Origin: Antedon mediterranea
Lineage: Eukaryota; Animalia; Echinodermata
Direction: 5' to 3'
DNA length: 64,000 nucleotides
Assembly: GCF_964355755.1 (NCBI RefSeq)
Contig: NC_092677.1
Coordinates: 6,036,101 to 6,100,100, forward strand
The first letter of the stretch is position 1. Every line of letters starts with the position of its first letter. Of this stretch, positions 11,945 through 25,100 are shown in pieces. The notes under the pieces are model-generated. The model saw only the letters and a program-made list of their open reading frames with translations. It searched no databases and was not told where the DNA came from. Both the position numbers and the translations under genes were made by a program.

Positions 11945-14447
11945 TCAAGGTTGTGTTAAGTCTATAATTTTCTTTTCTAATGAATCGTTAAAGTCTAATC
12001 TTTGTTGAATCTTCTGTACTGTCGTCTTCCTTTTAGTTCTGATCACAATCAGACTTTCCCCTATACTCTGAAAAAATAAAAATAAAAGTGGCCTAATGAT
12101 AAAAATGTCTGACTATTGAGTGTGAGTTTGAGTCTCACTCTCAGTCTATACTTAAATATATAGTTTGCAGTTTTTTAGTCAGACCGACTTTGCAGTCTCA
12201 GTCAGGCCGACTTTACAGTTTTAGTAAGGTTGACTTCGCAGTTTTAGTCAGGCCGACTTTGCAGTCTCAGTCAGGTTGACTTTGCAGTCTCAGTCAGGCC
12301 GACTTCACAGTTTCAGTCAGGCCGACTTTACAGTTTTAGTAAGGTAGACTTCGCAGTTTTAGTCAGGCTGACTTTGCGGTCTCAGTCAAGCGGACATTCC
12401 AGTCTCAGCCAGGCCGACTTTGCAGATAATTAATTATTATTATCTTTTATAGACTATGCTTTAATTTAAAGGGTGGAAGTATAGTTATTGGATGTCATAC
12501 CAGTTTGTCCAGCTGTTCCAATAATCGCATTAACTCCTCCTGACTAACTAATAACCTTTTTTGTAATCTTTTCAATGCTTCTTCAACCAAGTCCTTCTGT
12601 AAAAATCCCTAAAAACCATTGAAAATACAAGTTAATGTCAGTACAATTTCATATAACTACTATTTTTCATCTAAAATTTAGTAGGTTTTCCTTGATCATT
12701 GTCTATGGCAATTAAAACCATTTTACAAGAAATGCCTTTTTTTTTGCATTTGTCTATACTGTACTACTAACATCTAATTGTTCATAAATAAAAATAATGA
12801 AAATGTATATAAGCGCTGGTATCCTCCACTCAAGTGTTGCTCAGCATATAGTGTTTGCTTTTTTTAATGTAAATTTGTAGCAGTCCATAGACAGGATGTG
12901 ACCACTGATTATGTTACCTTTTGTATGCCATCTATTTCTTCTTGTATTTCGTGTTGTTTCTTCTCAACGTCATCAGTTCTTTTCTCAACATCCTTGATTG
13001 TTTTATAGCTAGCGTCAGCCTCAATATCAACCTGAAAATGTATTTTTAAAAGTACTATTAAACTATACAATATTAATAATACTTGTCAGAAGAGTTTTGA
13101 ATTTGAATTTAATTCATTGCATGTCAAGATGTTCTCTTTAAAATAAAGAGTTGTGGTATTCTAATTCTTTCCTCTGTATTTATTGGATTAAATGCATAAA
13201 AGTGCAACCAAACCATAGAAGGTGCTATACTTTTTTAAATACATCCAAACATAGAGGGTGCTATTCAAAAAAAATCTCAGGCATTAGCAGTATCTAAGCC
13301 TATAATGATGAATGGGTATGCTAGGCACTTCCCAAGCATGGCATATGTGCATTGTGTGAAAGGGGTTGCCAATGCATTTTTAAAAAGTGTAACATGTTGA
13401 GGATTTTATTTTTGTATCACCAAAACAATCGGTAGAAATTTTAACTTTAGCAGGATGAATCACAAAAATGTGGGAAAGTAACTCCCAGGATTATTAGGAG
13501 ACTTTGGGGGTCTGTAAAAGTTTACAAATATACTTGTGCAATACCTTTTTGCCTATTAACATAACTTTGCAGCCATTCTTGATACCAACATCTTTGAGGA
13601 GCATGCTTTGATCATTGAGTGACTTACCTATTTTAACAAAAATTCTCATAATTTTTAGTTTTCGAAGCAGTATTAGGAGAGGCAACTGACTGACCATGCA
13701 ATTGTGGCATTTATAAGCTTAATATATTATAAGTAAACTGACTGACCATGCCAATTGGCAATAAGTGAACTGACTGACCACACCCGTTGGCATTTGTAAG
13801 ATTCTTAATATCCTTAGCTTAGTTCGCACTTGGGCGCAACACAAGTATGTGATTTGATACCACAAACTTTACCCCAGTTTAAGTAAAGTACAAATAGTAT
13901 ACCTTTAAATATCAGTTTCTGAGATTCAACTGGAACATCTGTAGCTGTTGATGCAGCATTTTTTAGATCGAGCACGCTCAGTTCAGAGCTGTCAAGTGAT
14001 AACTTGTGTTTACTAGAACCTGAATCAGTTTGAATAAGTAAACAGGTTAAAAATGTTGTTACAAAATATGTATCTGTTTGTACTATTTATGTGTTTCGTT
14101 ATGAATAAATACCTATATATATATATATATATATATGTATAATGTCTGTCCTGGAAAAAAGAGGTTGCAATTTCATTCATAATGTGAATTCTCTTTATCA
14201 AGGTGCTTTAAACAGTCCTGGCTTTGTTTGTATCAAACCTGTTAGTGGCGGTAATTATCGCTGTTGGTTTCGATTGAATAAAATAAAATAAATAAATTTA
14301 CACTTTTATTTACTGAAGACAGATAACTTGCCGTTAGAAAACATGTCAACTGCGTTGTGATTGGCCAGCCTATTTTCCATTAAATAAAATGTTAGCAGAA
14401 AAATCAAACAAATCCTTACCATGCAGAATTGTAATTTTCAACTCCAT
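11945..14447 (-). CDS. BAG1: BAG family molecular chaperone regulator 1 (ubiquitin-like plus BAG domain), 6 coding exons
   Basis: Exons 14447-14420, 14019-13903, 13627-13545, 13031-12918, 12608-12501, 12067-11945 splice in frame. UBL part MELKITILHG...VPVESQKLIFKGKSL...GIKNGCKVMLIGKK; BAG helices EIDGIQKGFL...EELMRLLEQLDKL...RTKRKTTVQKIQ. Confidence 0.9.
12160..12425. repeat. ~22-bp minisatellite (cagtcaggccgactttgcagtct)n in a BAG1 intron
   Basis: Visible tandem periodicity, about 11-12 degenerate copies. Confidence 0.9.
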
Positions 14448-14639
14448 TCTCCTTTGTTTTAAGAAGATTATCACTAGTCACTAGGCCCAGGCCTTAGTTG
14501 TAAATTATTTCTGTGGGTAAAACACACAAGATTATATTAATTCAATTCAAAATATATTATGTTTATGAAGGTGCTGTATGTACATTTAGAAAGCTTGCCT
14601 AAACTAAAGAAATCACTTTGCCTTAAGAAAGGCAAATTT

Positions 14640-15130
14640 GTGATCCTGCTCTAGCTACCCGCCCGGCCCTCCTAGCTAGGCTAAGCCTAGCCTAGTTTAG
14701 TTAAGAAAAAAATACAATTTGGAACAGGCCTAGGCCTAGTTTAAGTTAAGGCCTACGTACGCCTACCTACGTTTACGTAGCCCGGGCCTAGCCCTAGCTA
14801 GCCTAGCTAGGCCCCTAGGTCTGGGTAGGCATTATGGAGGCCAGACATAGGCCTCTAGGCCTATCTAGAGGCTAGCTAGTAGGGGAGGCCTGCCTATTAT
14901 AGATAGGCCTACCTAGCTAGGCCTAGCTAGGGCTAGGCCTACTAGCCTAGGCCTACCTAGCCAGGCTATTATAGGCTAGCCTGACACGACATGTGTTCAG
15001 CCTAGCTAGAGTCTACATTAGGCCTAGCCTCTAGGCCTAGGCTAGATCTAGTAGGCCCATCCGGCCCTCTATTATCAAGCTATAGCTATATCGGTCTAGG
15101 ACAGCCCTAAAATATAGGCCTAGGCCTACC
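14640..15130. repeat. CTAG/AGGCCT palindrome-rich low-complexity tract just upstream of the BAG1 start exon (probable first intron)
   Basis: Dense ctaggcctag, gctagc and aggcct words; similar tracts at 10480-10630, 38800-38960, 40720-41450 and 47350-47620. Confidence 0.85.
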
Positions 15131-15289
15131 CTTCTTTTTCTTTCCTCCGGCCGGCCGGTCTCGCAGGCAGGAGCGTCAGATCATTATTCTGACGATCGAT
15201 GGAGCATTCTACTTCTCTACGGAGCGCCATTTATGCCTTTATTTACTTCCGAAATAGAAATAGTACTAGGCCTACTAGTAACCAGTCCA

Positions 15290-15645
15290 GTGGATTTGGC
15301 ACCGGGTGGAGCGAGCACAGTGGTATAGAATAGAAATAAGTCACTATTTTTTAAATATATTTTCATATGTTAATACACTGTGCTCAAGTGAACCAAATTT
15401 GGCACCAGTCAGTGGAGCACAGTGATATAAAATAAAAAATAAGTCACTGAATTTTAATATAATATGTATGTTAAATACACTGTGCTCAGTGAACCCATTG
15501 GCGCGCCAGTGGAGCACAGTGATATAAAATACAAATAAAGTCACTTAAATTAGTATCTTTTTGTATGTTAATACACTGTGCTTAATTCAACCCAATTTGC
15601 CACCAGGGGAGCACAGTGGTATATAAAAATAAAGTCACTACATTT
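15290..15645. repeat. ~100-bp tandem repeat, about 4 copies, each with an internal inverted pair cactgtgctc / gagcacagtg
   Basis: gagcacagtg recurs at ~15313, 15416, 15512 and 15610. Confidence 0.8.
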
Positions 15646-15904
15646 TTAATAAATGTAAGGAGCGACAATATCCTTTGTGTTCCCTTAGCAGAGTCAATGT
15701 TCTTAAAAATGGTTACATCAGTAGATTAAGTTTATCCTATAATAGTTTATTCCAGGCCCATCCCCATATCGACATTTTTAATTCCAATCTTTATCTGTTT
15801 CGTCGTGTTTCTGAGTTGTTGTAATTGTCTTTGTATCTGTTAAACTAAGCTGTAAGTGGCGGAGTTGTTTCTGCTTTAAAAAAATATAATATATATAATA
15901 TAAA

Positions 15905-17240
15905 AGAGCTAATAATGAAATAGAGCCCAGAATTTCACTTATACTTATTACTATACATAATCACCTATGATAATTATTTTAAAATTTCAACTATACGGAC
16001 GCGACTTCAACATTTTAGGAGGGGTTTTCTACTTTAAAAAACTCGCCTTCGCCCGGTGGCGGTTTATTCTGTTGTAAATGTTAGGCCTAAAAAAGTGGAC
16101 CTTTTTTGAAATCAGAAACAAAGTTGCATGGCATTATTTTCCATTATTAAATAGACTGCCATAAAACCTCGAAAAGAAGCCCATGTGCTCCTTCATTTTT
16201 AGTTCTTTTCGAAATTACTTTTGCAAACTAAAAGAGAAGAGCTGCTAGGTTCCCGCCTGGAAAATGTTTTATTTACATGATCTGAATGAACAATCTTCTA
16301 ATGTAAAGGTTAACAACATCAAAATTTAACAGTGTGGCGAATGACTAACATACCTTCTTCCCAATAATACACCTGCATAAACTCATTTGCATAACAACGC
16401 ACGGCATACCAAACTGTTTAAAATAGAGCTGTAAGGTTCTCGGAAATGACATCTGTTATTTTTTTCAAACAACATTTATAAGAATTTTTAGTACCCCACC
16501 ATGCTTAGGGCTGAGCAAAGGCAATTTTGAAAAATAGGCTGCATAGGTTCCTGCTGCCCGAAAAAATGGCACTTTACATGATTTTAAATTATATGAAACA
16601 AACTATATAAGAATCACACCAGGACAATAGAGCTTGTCCACGGAAAGTGCACCTATTCATTGAAATATAAAATTGAATATTAAGTCTCCAGGCAGTATAT
16701 ACTATCCCACCATGTTTGGGGGGCAGAGCTAATAATGAAAATAGAGCCCAGAATTACACTTATACTTATTACTATATATAATCACCTATGATAATTATGA
16801 TAATGTTAAAATTTCAACTATCCAGATGCTACTTCAACATTTTAGGTTGGGTTTTCTACTTAAAACTCGACTTCGTATATGATGCCTAAGGCCTAGCCCG
16901 GTGGCGAAATTAGTCTAAGTTTCGAAATTGGTCTAGAAATCGGCATCTTTGCAAATGTTCTAAATTTTATCTTATTTCACTCTCCATTAACCCCATACAA
17001 ATACTATCGGAGACAAACTATCTGTTTAAAACATGTTTATTCTGGGACGGTGCGGCCATACACACCAACTATCATAAACGTGTATTCATAACATATTACA
17101 ATACCAATGTAGCAACATTGATTAACAAAATCAAAATTTAACAGCGTGGCATGTTGACCGCGAATGACTAACACTACCGTCTTTTTTCACTACACCTGCA
17201 CAACCTTTGCATAACAACGCACGGCATTCCAAACCGTTTC
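15905..17240. repeat. Local diverged segmental duplication (15905-16420 vs 16726-17240)
   Basis: Shared blocks agagctaataatgaaa(a)tagagcccagaat..., gcccggtggcg, and atcaaaatttaacag...tttgcataacaacgcacggcat. Confidence 0.75.
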
Positions 17241-17339
17241 GTACACCTGCGATAAAAATAAATTCAATTTCTTTTAAAATTGAGGGCGACAAACATAAAA
17301 TTGACGAGATCGAATACAGGTTTAAAAAAAAAAATTAAA

Positions 17340-17599
17340 TAACAAAAAAGGTGTTACATGTGCTCTTCCTGCCTCAGCACTAAGGCCCTGCCACAGCCTT
17401 TTGGGGTCGTTTCCAGCACATCACCAGATGCATAGATGTTGTCGCCTCATGATGTGTGGTGGAAAGGGGGACGTATAATCTGTGAACCCCAAACACAGTG
17501 GTCGCATACCTTTAACTCTATTCCACCGACCAGCGTGGGAATCGAACCCACGACCTACGTGTTGTCACCACGACGCTCAGGCGACTGAGCCAACTGGTC
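17340..17599 (-). mobile_element. tRNA-derived SINE whose head (17527-17599) still folds as a cloverleaf
   Basis: Acceptor stem gaccagt/gctggtc, D arm gctc/gagc, T arm gtggg-ttcgatt-cccac. The D loop lacks GG and a non-tRNA body follows. Confidence 0.6.
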
Positions 17600-17698
17600 A
17601 TTTTGGTTTTAACAAGGTTAATAGGATATTTATTACGTAATGATGAATTACGTAATACACGTATAAATAGACTATTATCAGCTATTCAGTCATGTACT

Positions 17699-17794
17699 GC
17701 TTTGTGGCGTAACGGGTAATGCTCAGGTTTAGATGCTCTCAGCTCTAGTAGATTGGGTTCGAACCTCTACGGATCTTTTTTTTTTTTTTTTTTT
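17699..17794 (+). pseudogene. Degenerate tRNA-like Pol III unit with poly-T terminator
   Basis: A-box tggcgtaacggg, B-box ggttcgaacct, then a long T run; no intact cloverleaf. Confidence 0.45.
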
Positions 17795-19114
17795 GGAATT
17801 AAAAATAAATATTGTTTTTCTTTGATTTTAAAAGAGAGATATTTTAAGCGTTATAAATGTCAGGCCTAAATAAGTGGACCTTTTTTAAAATCAGAAACAA
17901 ATTTGCGCTGTCTAGATTTGGTCACTCGGCACAAACGTCATCAATAACTGATCACAATGTAGACTAAGTATAGTCCAGGGTCTAGTCCTAAACAATGTTA
18001 CTTAAAAAACCATTGTAAAACAAATAGATAAATTAAAAACATCATGATATCATAGTATAATTTTAATACCATTATTACATAATATTATTATGAATTTAAC
18101 TGCGAATACATTTCGTTTTTATTTCTCTCTTCTAGGGAGTTAATTAGGCAACTCCCTGCTCATACAAACTGAAATAAATATTTTCTCACAATATTTCATA
18201 AAACAAATTTACCTTTCACAACTACTTTTATTTCCAGCGCTCAATTGAATTCCCTCTCTCCCTCTCGTATTCCTTTTTTCCACCCTACCTCTTATTTACA
18301 TTCAGATAATAAGAATTGCACAATATGTATTAATCTATTATTATTTATTTAAGCCCTATTAGTAATTGAATGAATTCGATTGAAAAATGTATACAGCTAG
18401 CATTGAATATATTTTTGCCTGTAAAATAATAATTACTACCGGTTAAGTAATCGGACTTAAAACATAGACCTTATAAAATTAACTGCGGTTACAATAATGC
18501 GTACAGGTATTGTTTTGTAAAGCCTACCATTTCTTCACAATAAGCCTCTAGTGCTAAATAATAATCCTATTGACCGTAAAGAAGAGGTAGTCATAACTAA
18601 TTAATAACTATAAAACATAGACCTAGAAAATTAGCTGACGCGTTACATTATTTTAAACATACTAATAATTACACTTTATTCGCAATAAGACAGGACGCGT
18701 TTAGTGTTCTCTACATGCGGAATTTACTCTAACAACAAGATGCCGAGCTTCGTCAGATCAAAGGTTTTATGTGTGGTTGCGACACGATCAGTTCCACAGA
18801 AACCGGAGTGTAATTGGTATAAACCGCAACTATAGTGTGAATTTTGTCAGCCAATTATTACAAAATCAAAAGATTATTAGTTCCTATTCTTCGCAATGAG
18901 GCGAGCTCAGCTTCTTGATGATGATTGCCTTGCTAAAACATGAAAATATTGAATATGCTACTGTATTATCATATTAATATTGATTATCAAAACTCAGTCA
19001 AACATTCTATACAAAAGTACAGTTTCAAACTATATTGCAAACATATTACATTCCGAAATGTACAAGTGTTAGTTGTTGTTATATAGTTAGAACGTGTTGC
19101 TACTGGGCCATATT

Positions 19115-22100
19115 CTAAAACAATATTGAAATGACAAAAGCTGCTAGAATTACGGTGGCCGTTAATGTTCCCATCGTCTTGCTACTCCCACTGAAAACGG
19201 TCATTGCGCATGCCTCGTGCTTAACGATACGTCTATCATCTTTAAACCACTTTGGAGGAAACTCTCGTACGCCATGCTGTATGAAATCAAAACAAGTTTG
19301 TTATTAAGAGATGTAGACTTACACAATTTTTTATAAACGGATTAAATTAGCCAATTTATAGTCATTGAATTTGCGGACAGATTTCTCCATCATCGGACCG
19401 ACAGGAGGAATAGGCAACGTCGAGGCCGGTAAGCATCGTGTTTAAATAGTTCCCATTGAACTGACTTGCGTTGCATCTATGTACTTGCGTTGCGTCTCTA
19501 GTGAGAACCAAGCGACGTGGCTGTACTTAAGCCTACTTAAATACTTCCTACTTAAGCGTGGTTCCCACTAGCGACGTAACACAAGGACATAACGCAACGC
19601 AAGTGAATTGACCAATCACTAGCGATGGCTTATTCGCTTGTGATTGCTAACTGTCTATAACTTCGCTTGTCATTGGTTAAAACGCTTGCGTTGCGTTTAC
19701 GTCCTTGCGTTACGTTCTAGTGGGAACCAAGCTTTAGAGACGCAACACAAGGACGCGTAGGCGCAACGCAAGTGATAATTTGACCAATCACAAGCGTGGA
19801 TTATTCGATCTGTTGCTTGCGTTGCGTTTACCAAGCTTTGTTTATTATACATACACTGACAAATCCGCAAACTTCATAACGTGCCCCATGGTACGCTACT
19901 TCTTTCAAACTATCCTTTAGTTCTTTTCCATCTAAGTCTGTTATATCTGTTATATTGCTGACAATAAGAGTTCTGTAAAATCAAATAAATTTATTTTAAC
20001 TATTGTAGAAGTATAAAAAGTAGCACAAGATGTCTTTAAAACACGTATTGAAAGTATATAGCTAAATCTGATGTTAAAATTTGACAAACCCGAACACTGA
20101 TTCTTTTATGATTTATAAATTGGCGTCTAATTTTCATAATTTGTCATTTTGTAAGTTCGTTTTTCTTAGTTTAGTTTAGTTTAGTTTAGTTATAATGGGA
20201 AAGTTTAGGCGAATGCCTTTTTAACCCCATATCAACTACATTTTGTCGATGCGATTCTTGAAGGTGTTAGTGGTCTCAGAATTAACAACGTCAGCTGGTA
20301 AACTGTTCCAATGGTTTATTACTCGTTGCGAGAAGGTATGTCTTCTACAGTTCAATCCTTTATGGAAAATAGGCTTGAAAAATCTCAGGTGATGTCCTCG
20401 AGTAATTCGGCTAATGTTATTTCTCATTTGGAAAAAGTCATCCTTGGCTTACCCGTTGTTAGTGTTAATTCCAAATTCGTTGCTGATACTATCCCATGTA
20501 GGATTAGATATACAGAAAGTGAAGTTAGCTCTCCGCGGATAGTAGTATATAAATGCTAAACACATCTCTTCGTGGGTTCCTATACCACCCTGAAACGAAG
20601 ATGTAGCGGTTTATTGCATATGACGTAGACTTTACCCAAGGCTGTACGGTTATAGTTATTATGATTTTTTTTTAAACTCAAGTAGTATGTATATGAAACG
20701 CCATATGTGTAAAAATAATTATCTTTTTATTAATATTACGTAAAACCAGGGAAGAGTGAAATTACAATAATAAATAAATATAATAACATTGAATTATTAT
20801 TGTCTTGAAAATACTTACAAATGTAATGTTTTCTCTGTCCATTGTATCGTAAGAACATGTCACTACAAAATCATCTCCCTACAAAAAAAATGTTTATTGA
20901 ATATAAAAATATCATGGAGTGAAAATTGATATTCACACTTGATTGTTTAGGGCAACTGATGTGTCGCAACCACACGTAAATCCTTTGATCTCCTAACGGA
21001 GCTCAGCGTCCTGTTGTTAGATTGCATTGATAGGTCTACGAATACAGTACCATGCTGTTCTACCACACACAGTGATATGCTTGATGATTAACTGTTTTCA
21101 GAAATAAATTGGTGAACATGTTGAAAATTATCATAATATGCATACCGGTTTGTATATAATTTCGGGTGTATTTCGGGTTTCTTGCAGATTAAAATCATAA
21201 TTATCGTCACGCACTTCACTAATAAGTGTACCATTTCGATATTGTTGAAGATTGATTTGTCGAACTGAAAAAAAAGAGGAGATTGTGAATGTTTATTTTT
21301 TCTAAGAATTGTAGTATTTCAACCACCGATATAAGTGGCGTCATCATGTCTGCGAAAATGTACTGTAATATAATTATTATGCACCATCCCCTTCTGACGC
21401 AGCAACCTTCATCCGGGACACTGTATTAGCCTCTCAAGATACTGTGCCTTCAGGAGGACGATGTTCATGATGTATTTTCTCTATGATACCATACGAGAAT
21501 TAGCTGGATACTTACGTGCAAGATGACCATGAAGTAAAACTGCGAATACTTTGACATCTTCTTTCATACTCTTTAAAAAAATATTTCATCACTCAATCAA
21601 TTAATCAAAAATAACATTTATTCTATTTGCTAAAAAATAAAACACAACAATTTATAAGGAAAAAACACTTTAAAAATTAGTTGGGATAGGGTACGTTTTC
21701 TAATAACTATAGGCCGGATGTGGCCTTATTACTTTGGAAAGTCTATCTAGATCGATCTTGCACCATTAAGCGGAACTTAAACAGATTACGTAACAGGAAA
21801 GGTGTATTTTACCGGAAGTATATCCAGCTTTAAAACTGTCAATTATTATAGAAACCTTGGTTTGCACTATAACGCGTAAGCGCAACGCAAGCTAAGCAAC
21901 CAATGACAAGCGTCTGTTCGAAAAATTCATCTCTTATGATTGGTCAAATTGCTAATTTATATTTTTACTTCATCTGTTATGGAAAAGTAATTGTATAATT
22001 AATACTTACTGCCTGTGTACACTCTCCAGAACAATAACCAAACGTTTTAAAAGAAGTTTCTTTTGGTGGAATCATATGTGCTTTTGTTTCAAATGCCTCT

Positions 22101-25100
22101 CCGACCATCCATACATCAAGATCGTACTCGCGTCTTGCAGGTATATAATGGAGTCGAAGTCCAGAACTATCCACGAAATCTTAAATATGAAATTTAGAGT
22201 GATTAACTATTTTAGGAACGGTCGTCCTTAAAAATGCCATTTCTATGTATTGTTAAACATTTGTTTTTTAACTTATGGATTTAATTTTTTGTGAAAAAAA
22301 AACTTACAATTAAAGGATTTTTAAGTTACCAAAAACTAGTATTGAAATGAATATATATTTTATTTTATTACGTATATTAATAGTACAGGGATTTGTTTTT
22401 TCGAGCTTTCTCAGTTACAAACTGTTTTCAGACCAAGCAAATAAATGCGAATGTCGACAATACCTACCTGATCTACGTTCAGGATTATCATAATGCATTT
22501 CGATATACATGAACGTTGGGTCGTTTGCTCCACCAAGTGATAGGCCAACATGTTCCGGAAATTCAAACGGCTGAATGGGTAAAAGAATACTGTATATTTA
22601 TTTCATTTCCATTTGTATATTACTGTAAAAAGCTACAGCACTACATGGAGTATACGGTAAAACATGCATAGTTCCTTCTTAAACCAAATCCTCTAAATTA
22701 GTGTTTTGTGAAAAAATTAGAGTTTCTTTTGTAGGCCCTAATCATAATGTCTTTCTTCAGACTGGATATCATAAGCATGATACAAACTTACCCCAGCACC
22801 GACTGCCCATGCGTAAATCACTCTTACGCATTTTTCAAGTTCGGGTGGCATATTTTTTCTTATGCACAAATCTGCCCAATGAGAGACAGAGTCGTAGTCG
22901 CCAGTGCAGCCGTAAATAATCATGTGATGAACAAGAGCCTCATGACCTTTTTGAACTATGGTGTCAAACTAAACACAAATACATAATATAAGCAAGTTTT
23001 AAATTTATACACGAATACATGTAAAATATGTAAAAGCGAGTAAAACAAACACCCTTTAAAATGTTCGCCGTATTCGAGATATGATGTCATTTTCAAAAGG
23101 GGCTTATAGGCATAGCTTAGCCTCGACTCCGGATCCAGCAGATGCTCAGCTCCGGAAACAAGTAAACTTATTTTATAATCCTTTTTTTGGAAGGCATTGA
23201 CGTTTTGACAAGAACATATCTACACTTACACGAAATACCTGCACAGGTTTATCAAACTTTGGCACTAGAAATGGAGAACACCAATACGTCGTGTCGTCAT
23301 TCGGTACCGACACCTACAAATATAGTATTATGTAATTCATAATTGTAAAAATTAGAATGTTATCATCGATATACTTTCATCAAACTCTTCCTTCTCGTGT
23401 TTCTTGAAACACGAGGTCTCTAATAGGTCTAACATGCTTTCTTCTATCACAAACAACAATAATGAATTACTACTTTATTATAATCCAGTTATACAATGAG
23501 GTCATTAATCGTTATTACCATTTTTATTAGTATTGAATAATAATTCATTGTCATAATAATTGTTAAAAAATAAGCATTCTTATCATCGAACATACTTCTT
23601 CAAACTTTAATTTTGATGTTATGTCTTTAGGCGCAAGTGACCGAGGATTACCAATAGTAAATTATTAATCACTGTCCTATCACACATCACAAAGATGGTA
23701 ATCCCCCTGATACATGTGCTATTTATTTTGTGAACCAGTTCACCGGGTAAATCCCCATACTCGTCTAGAATGATGAACAGGGGTTATATCTGTGTACACT
23801 GGACCTACGGTGTAACACTGGACCTACGGTGTATGTTCTTATCCGAGAAGACTTGTTCCACCACCAGAACAAGAAGCGAGTCGGTCTCGAATCCATGCCG
23901 TTATTGTTGGCTAGTTAACCACTCGGCAATTTGACTCGCTCCTTCCATCTTGAAACTTTGTATGTTTCTATTATGTTATATTGCATTAAAAATAAAGTCA
24001 AACACAGACTAGGACTTGTTAAAAAATGTCCATGGTTAATGTTCACTGCGGAGTTAGAAGATATAATCAATTGTGAGTTTTTAATAAATAAAGAAAAGGC
24101 AAAAAAAATGTGGTCAGATATGGACCGTAACAATTTAGCAAGGTATAAAATTAACGTTTATAAAATTGATATTTAGGTAAAGTAAAATATAACTTGCCTG
24201 AAAGAGATAAAAAGAGTTATAAAATTAAGAATTCTGTGGTAAATTATACGTACATTGTTAAGGATTGAAAAACGTGTAAAGAGTGTATAACATAGAGGAA
24301 TTTTTTTGTACTGAAAGTTAGTTAATGTCAATTATATTGTATTGTATCATTACATTACTCATGTGCTCAATGTACTCATTGTAAACGAACATTTTATTGA
24401 TGAAGAAATAAAAGTGGGTCGATCCTACATAAGACAAAAAATGTTATATTGCATTAAACATCATCCGTAGGCCTATATTGTTATCCTCAACATTGTAATA
24501 ATAATTATTAGGTACAATACCAATACAACTCACATTTGGCATTAACATATCAAAATACTTTCCATCCTCTGGCAGTTCACGTAGCTTGAAGGTGGAGTCT
24601 AGAATTACAACAGATCGAACACCTCTGGCCGTTCTATGGTACTGCAGATCGTCTGATTTGTCAGGATCATTATCATTGATAGCCCAAATTATTCTTGATG
24701 TGTCACCCTAAATGAAGCAATCGAAACAATAGGAAACTCACTCATAATTATACAAATGTAATACATCAATATTCATGAGATAGTTTGCTCCTATGGAATT
24801 AATATCTTACTTTTTCTTTTGATACTCAACTAAAAATTTAGAAATTATTCTTATGTTTTACCATGTACAATGTAATTTCATTTGGAAACTCAGCCTTAAA
24901 GACCTTTTTGGCTTACTTGAGTATACATAAATATAATGAATTTAAAAAAAAAAATATGTTTTCTTACAATTTATTATGTGGAAAAATAAAACGAAACGAA
25001 AAACATGGCATTTTAACGTCTTTGTGGCCTAATATTATTGATAACCAAGCATTAGTATGTTTTGTTGTAGTTTCCGCTTTCATGCTCATGCCTTTATTAT

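Noticed and set aside
17527-17599. Functional tRNA-Val(GAC)
   Set aside because: D loop lacks the invariant GG, position 32 is a purine, the anticodon stem has a mismatch, and a SINE-like body follows instead of a terminator.
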